Source of the DNA: Capsulimonadaceae bacterium
GTDB taxonomy: Bacteria; Armatimonadota; Armatimonadia; Armatimonadales; Capsulimonadaceae
Reading direction: 5' to 3'
Assembly (NCBI GenBank): GCA_965215505.1
Contig: OZ244065.1
Span: 2,304,001-2,368,000, forward strand
Length of the DNA: 64,000 nt
Shown here one piece after another: positions 8,801 to 17,518 of this stretch (its first letter is position 1; each line of letters begins with the position of its first letter). The position numbers and the translations under genes were made by a program. Below the pieces are notes generated by a model. The model searched no databases, was not told where the DNA came from, and saw nothing but the letters and a program-made list of their open reading frames with translations.

Positions 8801-10637
8801 AGTCGAAGGCCGCCGTGCCGGGGGCGGTCGCCTGAATCAAGTTGGTGCGGACGCCGGTCGAACTCGTCCACTGGCAGCCGACCACGGCCAGAGTGTCCGT
8901 GATGGGCTTGTCGGGGACGAAGTTGGTCTTGGGGTCGAACAGCAGGACGCGGCCATGCAGGCGGCTGTAGCCGAGCCTCAGCCCTTGCCGGGTCCAGGCG
9001 GGCCAGGTGGGGACGGGCATCAGCGAGGCGGCGCTGTCGGGCGTGATGGCGTTCGGGTCGTTGGTGTCGTTGAGGACGTGCCAGTATTCGCAGGCGAGGG
9101 TCTTGGTCTGGGTGGCGAGGTTGACGACGTTGACCGTGGGCAGGGTGTCTGCGGGGGTGTCCACCTTCTGCCGGGCGTCGTCTGTGGTGGCGAAGGTGAT
9201 GCCCTTGCCGCCCGCCATCGTCGCCGTCTCGGCGTCAAAGTCGAAAAAGCCGGGGAGGTAGTTGCGCCAGCCCTTGCCGTTCGCGCCGTTGACGCCGTCG
9301 GCGAAGGCGACGGCGGGGTCGAACCCCAACACCTGCCCGGCCTTCTCGGCGTTCTCGCGCATCGTCCGCCCGATGTCCGAGAAGTCGCTCTGGATGTCCT
9401 CGCGGTAGTCGTAGAAGTAGCCCTTGTAGAAGACGCCCACGCTGCCCGTCTGCGAGGACAGGTCCAGGCCGGAGAACAGCAGGAGGTCGGTCCGGTCAGG
9501 CAGGCCGGCGTGGAAAACGCCGTGCTTCACCGTGTCGAGCGTGGAGACGGGCCGCCAGTCGTCCAGGTGCTTGTCTACGAAGGTCCGCGCCCCCTGGATG
9601 CCCAGAAAGTGTGCGCCGCTGGCGACGAACTGGACTGTCCGCTTGGGTGGGTGCGCTTTGAAGGCGCGCGCCAGTTCCAGCATGGCCGCGATGCCATCCG
9701 CCGCGTCCGCACCGGGTGCCTGGGTCGGGACGATGGACATGGAATCGAAATACGACTCGATGACGATGTTCTGGCCGGCCAGCGGCCCCGTTCCGGGGAT
9801 GGTGCCGACGATGTTGGCGGCGTCGCGGGTCTGCCAAGGGTTGTCGCAGGTGAGGTGGACCGCAAAGCCCGGCGTCGTCAGGGCCGCGGACTGGAGCAGG
9901 GCGGCGTCGCCGCGCGTGATCCAAAACCGGGGCATGTTGATAGGCAGGCGCAGGAACTTCAGCTCGCCCTCGCCGCGCTGGATCTGGTCCGGCTCGACGA
10001 AGATGATGGCCTTCGCGCCCAGCCGGGCGGCGTTCTGCCAGTCCACGCCGCAGTTGAAGTCCAGCAGGACGATACTGCCCTCGACGGGCTTGCCCCGGAA
10101 GGCGCGCAGGTCGCCCCGCCCGGCGTAGATCAGGGGGCCGTCAATGCCCGAGGCCGGCAGCGTGGAGGTGCGGACGAGGTTCGGCCAGAGCGGCTGCAAG
10201 GCCAGCGGCCGGGCCAGGCCCGCGCCCTGCACGGACGCGCCGTTGTCGGCGGGGACGGTGACGGGGAAGGTCTCCTCGTGGACGTTCGCCGCGCCGAGTA
10301 TCTGCTTCATCTGGGCCAGCACATAGGCACGCGCCTGGTCGCCGCCCGGCGACCCGGCCATGCGGGAGTGGGCGATGACGGGTGCCCCGGCGGGCTGGTT
10401 GGGGACGGAGTAGTGGATGCCCGACAGGTCGGCGATGGTTCTGGACAATCGGGCGGGGCTGACGCCCCCGGCCAGGGCGACGTAGTTCCTGGCCGCCTCG
10501 GGGTCTACTTTAATCTTGGGCTGGTCGGCGCGCGCCCCGGTCAAACACGGCATCAGGGCCAGGGCCATGAGCAGGCACCGGCAGAAGAAGAAGCAGGAAC
10601 GGGAACGCGCGCCGGGAGCGCGCTGGAAATCCTTCAT
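5811..10637 (-). CDS. Giant membrane protein: signal peptide + PA/M28-peptidase-like ectodomain fused to FtsX/MacB-type permease (~1608 aa)
   Basis: PA domain GPLIYAGRG...GAKAIIF; M28-like NIVGTIPG...IVIESYFDS...PGAD...MLELAR; FtsX motif LNTMLGSVFERVKEIAIFSSIGL and FPARKAS; ATG 10637 chosen from RBS and promoter position. Confidence 0.85.
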   Translation of the reverse strand: MKDFQRAPGARSRSCFFFCRCLLMALALMPCLTGARADQPKIKVDPEAARNYVALAGGVSPARLSRTIADLSGIHYSVPNQPAGAPVIAHSRMAGSPGGDQARAYVLAQMKQILGAANVHEETFPVTVPADNGASVQGAGLARPLALQPLWPNLVRTSTLPASGIDGPLIYAGRGDLRAFRGKPVEGSIVLLDFNCGVDWQNAARLGAKAIIFVEPDQIQRGEGELKFLRLPINMPRFWITRGDAALLQSAALTTPGFAVHLTCDNPWQTRDAANIVGTIPGTGPLAGQNIVIESYFDSMSIVPTQAPGADAADGIAAMLELARAFKAHPPKRTVQFVASGAHFLGIQGARTFVDKHLDDWRPVSTLDTVKHGVFHAGLPDRTDLLLFSGLDLSSQTGSVGVFYKGYFYDYREDIQSDFSDIGRTMRENAEKAGQVLGFDPAVAFADGVNGANGKGWRNYLPGFFDFDAETATMAGGKGITFATTDDARQKVDTPADTLPTVNVVNLATQTKTLACEYWHVLNDTNDPNAITPDSAASLMPVPTWPAWTRQGLRLGYSRLHGRVLLFDPKTNFVPDKPITDTLAVVGCQWTSSTGVRTNLIQATAPGTAAFDFVGMPLVISNGGGLRFAPDGKMHLDAFRLHPADDSLGNRGDVDYAPDRGVNGAANYPIEFDLTSDFKQTQVIVFPCVATTIYELVNQGALKRVNDISVFDGASDSEPRQYGIQRGQGLLTLFSPPDTTTRLKVIAGDGPAIRFLLINSTPDHPTGIGYAVGVPSARLANYNKPPDPNNPDDIVRYGAINNTSLRVAKDMWSLDDFRIKNLARFRIVQLGDKTNPVTFLHDQAAGEIQQALEAYQKKDYELFDAYSRQAWANEARVYPQVQQTANDVVQGVIFYLFLLIPFAYFLERLLFGFSDLKRQLGAAFGIFLAVFIVFSQIHPAFAIGSVNPLIILIAFVMLALSVIVSLLVWGKFEEQLKQFNKSVSGVHKADVGKASIAFAAFALGISNMRRRKERTLLTCLTLVLLTFTVLSFTSIVNTIRYNDVSAPGVAAYKGLLLRLPTWDTLDFTAYRLLNDEYGSRYPVAPRAWFYGTTPGQTTFLHLTRAHLGTDVKGVTGFTPQEAQVTGMDKALMTGPDGRPEGRWFNATDTYAAVVPKAVAASLQIAPSDVGRVTVNFSGVPYLVIGIMDPDKFKAIKDLDNETLTPVDYQAQQSQSSSSSSSSSQSAASQGFQEYLHLDPDAVLYVPYTTLINLGGSLESVGINMGSGPTVYTELQDLMPRLDLNLYAGGFKKQANGTVIDSTDNHRFSAIGATSSQGLINIIIPILIAALIVLNTMLGSVFERVKEIAIFSSIGLSPSNIAMLFIAEALVYGIIGAVSGYLIGQGLAKAISVFHILPGLYLNFSSTSAELAIGLVVAVVLLSTIFPARKASEVATPAVDRTWKVPEPDGDVWKLSLPFAVAGAQAPGINQFLAEWFRAYEEQSVGDFLTQDIRTGREMMEGGTGYRLTGRIWLAPFDLGVSQTISLDTAPTDLEDVYAVHLTLTRVSGDVSNWKRVNRRFLNVVRKQFLIWRTLTADQRERYLEIGEGVGTAPIPVAAGETAAVAPAL

Positions 10638-10738
10638 TGGCGGGTCTATCCTTGGTGGGCGGCCCGGCGCAGCACCGTCGGGCGCGCGGGCCGCTAAGGT
10701 CAAGCGGACGTTAAGAGGGCCAAATCGCAAGCACATTC

Positions 10739-10767
10739 ATAATATCACAAACCCACAAAAAAGGCAA
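10739..10767 (-). promoter_or_regulatory. Sigma70-type promoter for the 755-10637 operon
   Basis: TTGCCT-N17-TATTAT with extended -10 TG on the minus strand. Confidence 0.65.
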
Positions 10768-10850
10768 TAGGCCAAAACGCGGGGAAGCGGCAGCCCTCCG
10801 GCCACACAACAAAGCGCCCCGCCGGCGCTTGCGCCGGGGTGGGTGCTTTG

Positions 10851-10859
10851 TGCTATACT
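10851..10859 (+). promoter_or_regulatory. Extended -10 promoter of gmk, probably leaderless
   Basis: TGcTATACT, 6 nt upstream of GTG 10866; no SD. Confidence 0.6.
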
Positions 10860-10865
10860 CTCTCC

Positions 10866-11501
10866 GTGACTACCTCTACAAAACCCGGTGACACCGGCCT
10901 GCTCGTCGTCGTCTCCGGCCCGTCCGCCGTCGGCAAGGATACCGTCCTGGATGCCCTGCTCTCCCGCGCCGACCTGCCGCGCCCCGTCCAGAAGTGCGTT
11001 ACCACCACGACCCGCGCGCCGCGCCCGAAGGACGGCGGGCGGGGGATGGAGGAGGACGGCGTGGACTACCACTTCGTCAGCCCCGCCCGCTTCAACGAGA
11101 TGGTGGCCCACGACGAGCTGCTGGAATACGCCGAGTACGCGGACAACTACTACGGGACGCCGCGCGCCTGGGTGTCCGAGCGGCGTCGGCTCGGGATCGA
11201 CGTCATCCTCAAGATCGAGGTCCAGGGCGGCCTGATCGTCCAGGAGAAGGCCCCCGACGCCGTGCTGGTCTTCTTGCAGCCTCCGTCGCTGGAGGAGCTG
11301 GAGCGCCGCCTGCGCCACCGCCGGACGGACAGCGAGGACCAGATCGCCAAGCGGCTGCTGCACGCCCGCAAGGAGATGGCCCAGCGCCCCCACTACGACT
11401 ACGCCGTGACCAACGACAGCGTGGAAGACGCCGTGGACGCCATCCGGGCCGTCCTGCGCGCGGAACACTGCCGCATTCATAACGGGGCCGCCGATGTCTG
11501 A
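10866..11501 (+). CDS. gmk: Guanylate kinase
   Basis: SGPSAVGKDT, TTRAPR, GVDYHFVS, YYGTP motifs. Confidence 0.95.
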   Translation: MTTSTKPGDTGLLVVVSGPSAVGKDTVLDALLSRADLPRPVQKCVTTTTRAPRPKDGGRGMEEDGVDYHFVSPARFNEMVAHDELLEYAEYADNYYGTPRAWVSERRRLGIDVILKIEVQGGLIVQEKAPDAVLVFLQPPSLEELERRLRHRRTDSEDQIAKRLLHARKEMAQRPHYDYAVTNDSVEDAVDAIRAVLRAEHCRIHNGAADV

Positions 11502-12681
11502 GAACCCTAAGCGCGTCGTGTTAGGCGTATCCGCCTCCATCGCCGCCTACAAGGCCGCCGACCTTGCGAGCCGGCTGGTCAAGAGCGGCGTCGAGGTCTT
11601 CCCGGTGATGACGGCGGGGGCCGCGAACTTCGTCCAGCCCGCGACGTTCCGCGCCTTGACCCACCACCCCTGCCCCATTGACACGTTTGAAGAGCCGTTC
11701 CCCGGCGAGATCGCCCACATCTGGCTCGCGCGCAACTGCGACCTGTTCGTCATCGTGCCCGCCTCCATGAACGTCATCGCCCGGCTCGCCAACGGGCTGG
11801 CCGAGGACATGCTGACTGCCTCGGCGATGGCCTGCACCGCGCCCATCCTGCTCGCGCCGGGCATGAACACGGGCATGTGGAACAACCCGGCCACGCAGGC
11901 GAATTTGGCGAAGCTGCGCGACTACGGCTACTACTTCATCGAGCCGACGACCGGGCGGCTGGCCTGCCGGACGGAGGGCGTGGGCCGAATGGCCGACGTG
12001 GAAACGATCTTCAGCGCCATCCAGGAGATGCTGGCCCGTTCGGGATCGTGGGCGGGGCGGAACGTCCTGGTGACGGCGGGGCCGACGCGCGAGCCGCTGG
12101 ACCCGGTCCGCTTCCTGTCTAACCGGTCATCGGGCAAGATGGGCTACGCGCTGGCCGAAGCCGCCCGCGTGCGCGGGGCGAGCGTCACGCTGGTTTCCGG
12201 TCCGACGGCTTTGGCCGCGCCGGGGGGCGTGGAGTTCGTCCGCGTGGAGACGGCGGCGCAGATGCGGGACGCCGTGCTGCCGCGCGCCGCCGGGGCAGAC
12301 CTGATACTGGCCGCCGCCGCCGTCGCGGACCACCGGCCCGCCGAGTTCGCGGCGCAGAAGGTCAAAAAAGATGCCGGGGCCTATGCCCTGCCGCTGGCAT
12401 CGAACGACGACATCCTGGCCGCCCTGGGGCGCGCAAAGCGGGCAGGCCAGACATTGGTCGGGTTCGCGGCGGAAACCGAGAACCTCCTTGACAACGCGCG
12501 GGGCAAGCTGACGGCCAAGAACCTGGACTGGATCGTCGCTAACGACGTGACGGCGGAGGGGGCGGGCTTCGACGGGGACACGAACGTCGTCACCCTGCTC
12601 GGGCGCGGCGGGGGCGAGACTGCCCTGCCGCTGCTGACCAAGCGCGAGGTCGCCGAGCGGATACTGGACGCGGTGGGCTGA
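11494..12681 (+). CDS. coaBC: Bifunctional phosphopantothenoylcysteine decarboxylase / phosphopantothenate-cysteine ligase
   Basis: SIAAYKA, PGMNTGM, LAC..G.GRM, TAGPTREPLDPVRFLSNRSSGKMG, VGFAAET. Confidence 0.95.
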   Translation: MSENPKRVVLGVSASIAAYKAADLASRLVKSGVEVFPVMTAGAANFVQPATFRALTHHPCPIDTFEEPFPGEIAHIWLARNCDLFVIVPASMNVIARLANGLAEDMLTASAMACTAPILLAPGMNTGMWNNPATQANLAKLRDYGYYFIEPTTGRLACRTEGVGRMADVETIFSAIQEMLARSGSWAGRNVLVTAGPTREPLDPVRFLSNRSSGKMGYALAEAARVRGASVTLVSGPTALAAPGGVEFVRVETAAQMRDAVLPRAAGADLILAAAAVADHRPAEFAAQKVKKDAGAYALPLASNDDILAALGRAKRAGQTLVGFAAETENLLDNARGKLTAKNLDWIVANDVTAEGAGFDGDTNVVTLLGRGGGETALPLLTKREVAERILDAVG

Positions 12682-12695
12682 GGAGAAACAACAGC

Positions 12696-12731
12696 AAAAG
12701 AGGGCGGGGGCCATGCCCCCGCCTCTTTTTT
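12696..12731. terminator. Bidirectional intrinsic terminator
   Basis: AAAAGAGGGCGGGGGC-cat-GCCCCCGCCTCTTTTTT between convergent genes. Confidence 0.8.
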
Positions 12732-12738
12732 GGTTCTT

Positions 12739-13683
12739 TTATTGCACGGTGGGGGTGAGGGCGGCGGGCGGCGCGGAGGCGCGCTTCAGGGTCGAAGTGA
12801 CCTTCATGTCCATGTTCACCGGGGCGTTCGCGCCGGGCGGCGTCATGTTCATGGTGATGTTGGCGCGGCCGGTCTGCCCGATGATGGCCCCGGCGTCTAC
12901 GTCGAACCGCATCGTCCCGGTCCCCGTGACGTTCCCCTTCATCGGAGGGCCTGCGGGTGCCGCCCCCGCCGCAGTGGCGGAGGTGTCGAACGCGCCGCTG
13001 GTGGTCTGCTTGATGATCGCGACCGTCTTGCCGCCGGTCGTGTCCAGACTCAGCAGCGTGAAGCCGGCGGCGATGTTCGTCCCCATCATGCCCATGGCGA
13101 CGGCGCTCTTCCAGGTGTCCCCGGCCTTGACGGGACCGTCCGGGAACTGGCCCAGGCTGCCCATCGGGTTCATGTGGGTCATGTCCATGCCCGGCATCGG
13201 CCCCGCCGCACTCATGCCCTCGCTGGGCGTGAAGGACACCGTCTTGCCGGTCGGCAGGATCACCATCGTCCCGATCGTCTTCATCTGGGCCAGCTTCTCG
13301 GGCGGCGTGGGCATCGTCTGCCCGTTCATGCCCATCTGCATCGCGTCCAGCCCGACGTCAAGCGTCGCCGCGCCGTCCGAAGCCTGGACGGACTTGACCG
13401 TCTGGTGCATCAGCATCTGCATGTGGATGTGGAGCGGCATCCCCGCCCCGCCCTGCCCGGTCAGCAGGGTGCCGTCGGTGTCCGTGGTCAGCGAGTAATA
13501 CAGAGTCTGCCCCGGCGTGAACTTGAGCCGCAGCGGGACGGCCGAAGCCGCCGAAGGGGTGGCCGTGGGTGCCGCCGTCGGCACGGCGGGCGGCACGGGC
13601 GGGGCGGCCTGTGCGTGTGCGGCGAGCGGAGAGGCGGCAAGCATTAGAGCTGCCGCGAGTGAATAGCTGTTGTTCTTTGTCAT
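12739..13683 (-). CDS. Secreted hypothetical protein, Met-rich and beta-rich
   Basis: Signal peptide (AAALMLAASPLAAHA), LRLKFTPGQ, PVKAGDTW; ATG 13683 overlaps the upstream stop. Confidence 0.7.
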   Translation of the reverse strand: MTKNNSYSLAAALMLAASPLAAHAQAAPPVPPAVPTAAPTATPSAASAVPLRLKFTPGQTLYYSLTTDTDGTLLTGQGGAGMPLHIHMQMLMHQTVKSVQASDGAATLDVGLDAMQMGMNGQTMPTPPEKLAQMKTIGTMVILPTGKTVSFTPSEGMSAAGPMPGMDMTHMNPMGSLGQFPDGPVKAGDTWKSAVAMGMMGTNIAAGFTLLSLDTTGGKTVAIIKQTTSGAFDTSATAAGAAPAGPPMKGNVTGTGTMRFDVDAGAIIGQTGRANITMNMTPPGANAPVNMDMKVTSTLKRASAPPAALTPTVQ

Positions 13684-14678
13684 TGTTCTGGCTCCTGGTT
13701 TCCCTGAAAACGGAAATAGTTGTCGCCGATCTTGATCTCGTCCCCGAGGTTCAGGATGGCGCGCTGGACGCGCATCCCGTTGACATACACGCCGTTCGCG
13801 CTGCCGAGGTCCATCACCGTCCATTTCCCCTGGTCGTCGCGCTGGACGCGGGCGTGCTGGCGCGAGACGGTGTTTTCGGCCAGCACGATCTCGCTGTCGC
13901 CGTCGCGCCCGATGGTCAGGTCGCCCAGGGTCAGCGCGAACGTGCTGCCCGCCGCGATCCCCTGCAAGCCGACGAGGGAAGGCCCGCCGGGCGGCATCAG
14001 CTCCAGCCCGCGCGGGGCGCCTGTCGCCGCGACCGCAAGCCCCGCCTCTTCCGGGACCGGCTCCGGCGCGCGCCTGGTGGGCACATAGGCGGTGATCTTG
14101 TCCTGGTCCTCCGCTGCCTCCAGGGCGGCGGGTTCCGGGGCCTCGATGCCGAGCCGCCGGGCCACCAGCCGCAGCGGCTCGCCGCGCGTCTTGACGAGCT
14201 GGACGACGACCCATAGGACGCCCGCCGCAAGGGCCAGGCTGAACAGGCCGGTCACGAGCCGCCCCACCCCGCCCGCACGGTCCGGGGCGGGCGCGGGGGA
14301 CGGCGGGATGACGATCACGGCGGGAGCGGCGGGAGTCGCAACGGGGGCGGGGGCAACCGGCTGGAAGTCCGCCACGGCCAGCGTGATTGGGGCAGGGACG
14401 CCACCCGCCCCGACCGTGACGGCTCGGGCGGCAACCTGTCCGGTGTGGGCGTCCAGCACGAGCAGGCGGTCACCAGCCGTCAAAGTGGCGGCGATCTTGA
14501 TACTGGCTTTACCGGAAACGCCGATAGGAAGAGCCGTGACGGCCCCGGCCTTCGACTGTATCCAATACGAGTACGCCCCGCTGTCCGGCAGCGTCAAGGT
14601 CAGCGGCGGGGCGGCTATGGCGGACGGGGCCGACGCCAGCAGGCAGAAGGCGGAGAGGAGCGCGAAGAGTCTAGTCAT
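13680..14678 (-). CDS. Single-pass membrane protein with C-terminal FHA domain
   Basis: Signal peptide, TM helix, FHA motifs IGR...VSRQHA...DLGSANGVYVNG. Confidence 0.9.
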   Translation of the reverse strand: MTRLFALLSAFCLLASAPSAIAAPPLTLTLPDSGAYSYWIQSKAGAVTALPIGVSGKASIKIAATLTAGDRLLVLDAHTGQVAARAVTVGAGGVPAPITLAVADFQPVAPAPVATPAAPAVIVIPPSPAPAPDRAGGVGRLVTGLFSLALAAGVLWVVVQLVKTRGEPLRLVARRLGIEAPEPAALEAAEDQDKITAYVPTRRAPEPVPEEAGLAVAATGAPRGLELMPPGGPSLVGLQGIAAGSTFALTLGDLTIGRDGDSEIVLAENTVSRQHARVQRDDQGKWTVMDLGSANGVYVNGMRVQRAILNLGDEIKIGDNYFRFQGNQEPEQ

Positions 14679-16254
14679 AAGTGGGTGCCTCGGCATGGCA
14701 GTGGGCGATGGCGGCGGGCAGGTGGTCCAGGAGGTCGGTCGCGATCAGCCCGGCCGGCCCGCCCTGTTCGGCGGCGGTCAGGTCCCCGGCCAGACCGTGC
14801 AGGAACGCGCCCGCCGCTGCCGCCTCCCAGGGTTCGAGCTTACCGGCCAGCAGGGCGGCGATGACGCCCGAAAGCACGTCCCCCGACCCGCCGGTCGCCA
14901 TGCCGGGGTTGGAGGTCGTGTTGACGGCGAGCCGCCCGTCGGGACCGGCGATCAGCGTCCGCGCCCCTTTCAGCAGGACGGGGCAGCCATAGTCGCGTGC
15001 GGCCTGCTCCACGGCGGCCCGGCGGTCGGCCTGCACGGTTTTCGTGTCCGTCCCCAGGAGCCGCCCCATCTCGCCCGGATGGGGGGTCAAGACCGTCGCG
15101 GCGGGCCGGCTCTTGACCACGGACGCGCCCCGGTCCGGCTCCAAAGCCAGGCAGTTCAGTGCGTCGGCGTCTATGACCAGCGGCACCGGGCAGCGGGCGA
15201 CGAACTCGCGGACGAAGGCGCGCGTCTCCTCACTGTCCGGCCCGCCCAGGCCCGGCCCGAGCGCGGCGGCCGTGCCCTTGGCGGCAAGCTTCAAAGCCGC
15301 TTCTACGGCGGACCGCGCGAACGTGCCGCCCTCGGTCTGTGCTAGCCCGCGCGTCATCACGACCGGGCTGACGCGCGCCATGAGGGCGCTCTGGATGCCT
15401 TCCGGGACGGCCAAAGTCACCAGACCTGCGCCGGTCCGGGCCGATGCCTCGGCGGTGAGTGTCGGTGCCCCGACGAACCCGCTCGACCCGGCGAAGACGG
15501 TCACATGGCCGAACTGCCCTTTGTTGCTGTCCCGCCCGTTGACGCGGGCCGGCAGCCAGCCGTTCACGTCGGCGGCCTGGGTTTCGCCCACCAAAACGTC
15601 GTCCGCCGCCATCACCTGCCGGGGCATGCCGATGTCGGCGACGACCAGTTCCCCGACGTATTCCGCGCCGGGGTAGACCATCAGGCCGAACTTTGGCAGC
15701 GCGAACGACACGGTCAAAGTCGCCTTGACGCAGGCTCCTTCCACCCGGCCGGTGTCGGCGTCCAGACCCGACGGCACATCCACGGCGACGATGGGGCAGC
15801 CGCCCTCGTTCATGGCGTTGATGACCTCGGCCAGTGCGCCCGTGACGCCGCCCTTGATCCCGGTGCCGAGCAGGGCGTCCACGATCAGTTCGGCACCGCC
15901 CCTGACCTGGGGGGCGTCGGAGGCGAGGAAGTTCAGCCCGAACCGCACCGCCATCTTGAAGTTCGCGGCGGCGTCGCCGGTCAGCGCGAGCGGGTCCGCC
16001 GCCAGCCACACCTCCACGTCCGCGCCGAAGCGCGTCGCCAGGTGCCGCGCGACCGCCAAGCCGTCGCCGCCGTTGTTGCCCTTGCCGCAGACGACCCCGA
16101 TGCGCTGGCCGCGCAGCGGCCCGAACCGCTCGGCGATCACGTCCACGACGCGCAGGGCCGCGTTCTCCATCAGGACGAGGCTGGGGACGCCGTAGTCCTC
16201 GATAGTGCGCCGGTCCATCTCGCGCATCTGCGCCGCTGTGGTCAGTTTGAGCAT
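14671..16254 (-). CDS. nnr: Bifunctional NAD(P)H-hydrate epimerase/dehydratase
   Basis: LMENAA, GKGNNGGDG, DALLGTG, VDVPSG, DADAL, LTPHPGE, MATGGSGDVL. Confidence 0.95.
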   Translation of the reverse strand: MLKLTTAAQMREMDRRTIEDYGVPSLVLMENAALRVVDVIAERFGPLRGQRIGVVCGKGNNGGDGLAVARHLATRFGADVEVWLAADPLALTGDAAANFKMAVRFGLNFLASDAPQVRGGAELIVDALLGTGIKGGVTGALAEVINAMNEGGCPIVAVDVPSGLDADTGRVEGACVKATLTVSFALPKFGLMVYPGAEYVGELVVADIGMPRQVMAADDVLVGETQAADVNGWLPARVNGRDSNKGQFGHVTVFAGSSGFVGAPTLTAEASARTGAGLVTLAVPEGIQSALMARVSPVVMTRGLAQTEGGTFARSAVEAALKLAAKGTAAALGPGLGGPDSEETRAFVREFVARCPVPLVIDADALNCLALEPDRGASVVKSRPAATVLTPHPGEMGRLLGTDTKTVQADRRAAVEQAARDYGCPVLLKGARTLIAGPDGRLAVNTTSNPGMATGGSGDVLSGVIAALLAGKLEPWEAAAAGAFLHGLAGDLTAAEQGGPAGLIATDLLDHLPAAIAHCHAEAPTYD

Positions 16255-17198
16255 CAAAACACCCCCGCGATCCGCGCCCGCTCCGCCTCATCAATCGGCG
16301 AAACGCCTACGGCCCCGACGTTCTCCTCCACCTGCGCCGCCGTCTTTGCGCCGACGACGACGGAAGAAACGGCCAGATCGTCCAGAACGAAGCGCAGGGC
16401 CGCCTGCGCCGGCGTCCGCGCACCATCCCGATTTAGGAAATCCAGTTGGGCCGCCGTCTGCGCCATCGCCGCCACATATTCGGGCGGCAGGGAGGCCCGG
16501 ATGTCGCCTTCGGGGAACCGCGCGTCGGGACCATACTTGCCGGCCAGAAACCCGTTTGCCAGCGGCTCCCGCGCGAGAACGCCTACCTTGCGTTTGCGCG
16601 CCAGCGGCAGAAGCTCTGTCGTCGCGCCCTGGTAGAACAGGCTGTAGCCGACCTCCAAGACATCTACGGGCAGGCTGTTACGCAGCAGCCAAACCCCGTC
16701 CTCCGGCTCGGCCACCGAAACCCCGACCCACTTGATTTTTCCGGCCCGGCGCAGCGCGTCCAGCGTTTCCCAGACACGGAAGCGGTCCAGGTCTTCCACG
16801 GGCGGGTTCATCAGCAGGAACACATCCAGCGCCTCCCGCCGCAGCCGGGTGAGGCTCTGCTGCACGGCATGGGCCAGGGCCAAAGGCGTCCAGTCCGGTT
16901 CCAGCGTCCCGTCTTTGCGGTAGAAGTTGATGCCGCCCTTGGTGACGATGACCGGCGGCGGGCCGCACCACTCGGTCAGGACCTCCCCCAGCAAGGCCTC
17001 GCTGTGCCCATGTCCGTAAACGTCGGCGGTGTCGAAGAGCGTGACGCCAAGCTCCAGCGCCCGGCGCAGTGCCGCCTTGGAGACGGCGTCGTCGGTCTCC
17101 CCGTAGGAGTTGCCCCACCCGTTGCCGCCGATGGCCCAGCCGCCGAAGCCGATCTCGGACACCGAAAGCCCCGTCCTGCCCAGCCGCCGCGTTCGCAT
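16254..17198 (-). CDS. Aldo/keto reductase
   Basis: LGRTGLSVSEIGFGGW, FDTADVYG, GKIKWVGVS, PLANGFL. Confidence 0.9.
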   Translation of the reverse strand: MRTRRLGRTGLSVSEIGFGGWAIGGNGWGNSYGETDDAVSKAALRRALELGVTLFDTADVYGHGHSEALLGEVLTEWCGPPPVIVTKGGINFYRKDGTLEPDWTPLALAHAVQQSLTRLRREALDVFLLMNPPVEDLDRFRVWETLDALRRAGKIKWVGVSVAEPEDGVWLLRNSLPVDVLEVGYSLFYQGATTELLPLARKRKVGVLAREPLANGFLAGKYGPDARFPEGDIRASLPPEYVAAMAQTAAQLDFLNRDGARTPAQAALRFVLDDLAVSSVVVGAKTAAQVEENVGAVGVSPIDEAERARIAGVF

Positions 17199-17518
17199 CA
17201 GGCGGACGGTGCCCCGAACGGCCGCTTGGCCTTCAGCTTCTCGTCCAGCCGCTTCGCCTCGGCGCGGGCCGCCAGGTACGCCTTGGCATCGAAAGCCGGG
17301 AACCGGCCGCCCAGGCCCATCGCCACGTCGTCCGGCAGGTCCAGGCCGGTCACCTGGTCCAGAAACTCCGGCTCCCGCGCGACGACGGCGGTCAGGTACA
17401 GTATCCCAGTGTCAAACAAGATCTTCGTGTTCTGCGGCGCGTTGGGCGTCTGCGCCCGCAGGCTGACGCCCTTCTGGAAGGCGTAAAAGCACAAGGTTTT
17501 GTAGCGGTCTAGGTTCAA
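17198..17518 (-). CDS. Small hypothetical protein
   Basis: GAGGAA RBS and TATACT -10 upstream; stop overlaps the next start (TGATG). Confidence 0.6.
   Translation of the reverse strand: MNLDRYKTLCFYAFQKGVSLRAQTPNAPQNTKILFDTGILYLTAVVAREPEFLDQVTGLDLPDDVAMGLGGRFPAFDAKAYLAARAEAKRLDEKLKAKRPFGAPSA

Noticed and set aside
7824-10697. 957-aa plus-strand ORF (similar long ORFs at 3969-5720, 24678-26525, 47307-49628 and 61970-63811)
   Set aside because: Antisense shadows of well-supported genes, expected from high-GC codon bias; no recognisable motifs
10638-10736. ORF-track start at 10736 for the giant protein
   Set aside because: It lies at or upstream of the predicted TSS; ATG 10637 has an RBS and precedes the signal peptide
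11490-11501. Absence of rpoZ between gmk and coaBC, and of lpdA from the sucAB and pdh operons
   Set aside because: These genes are often located elsewhere; this cannot be judged from one window
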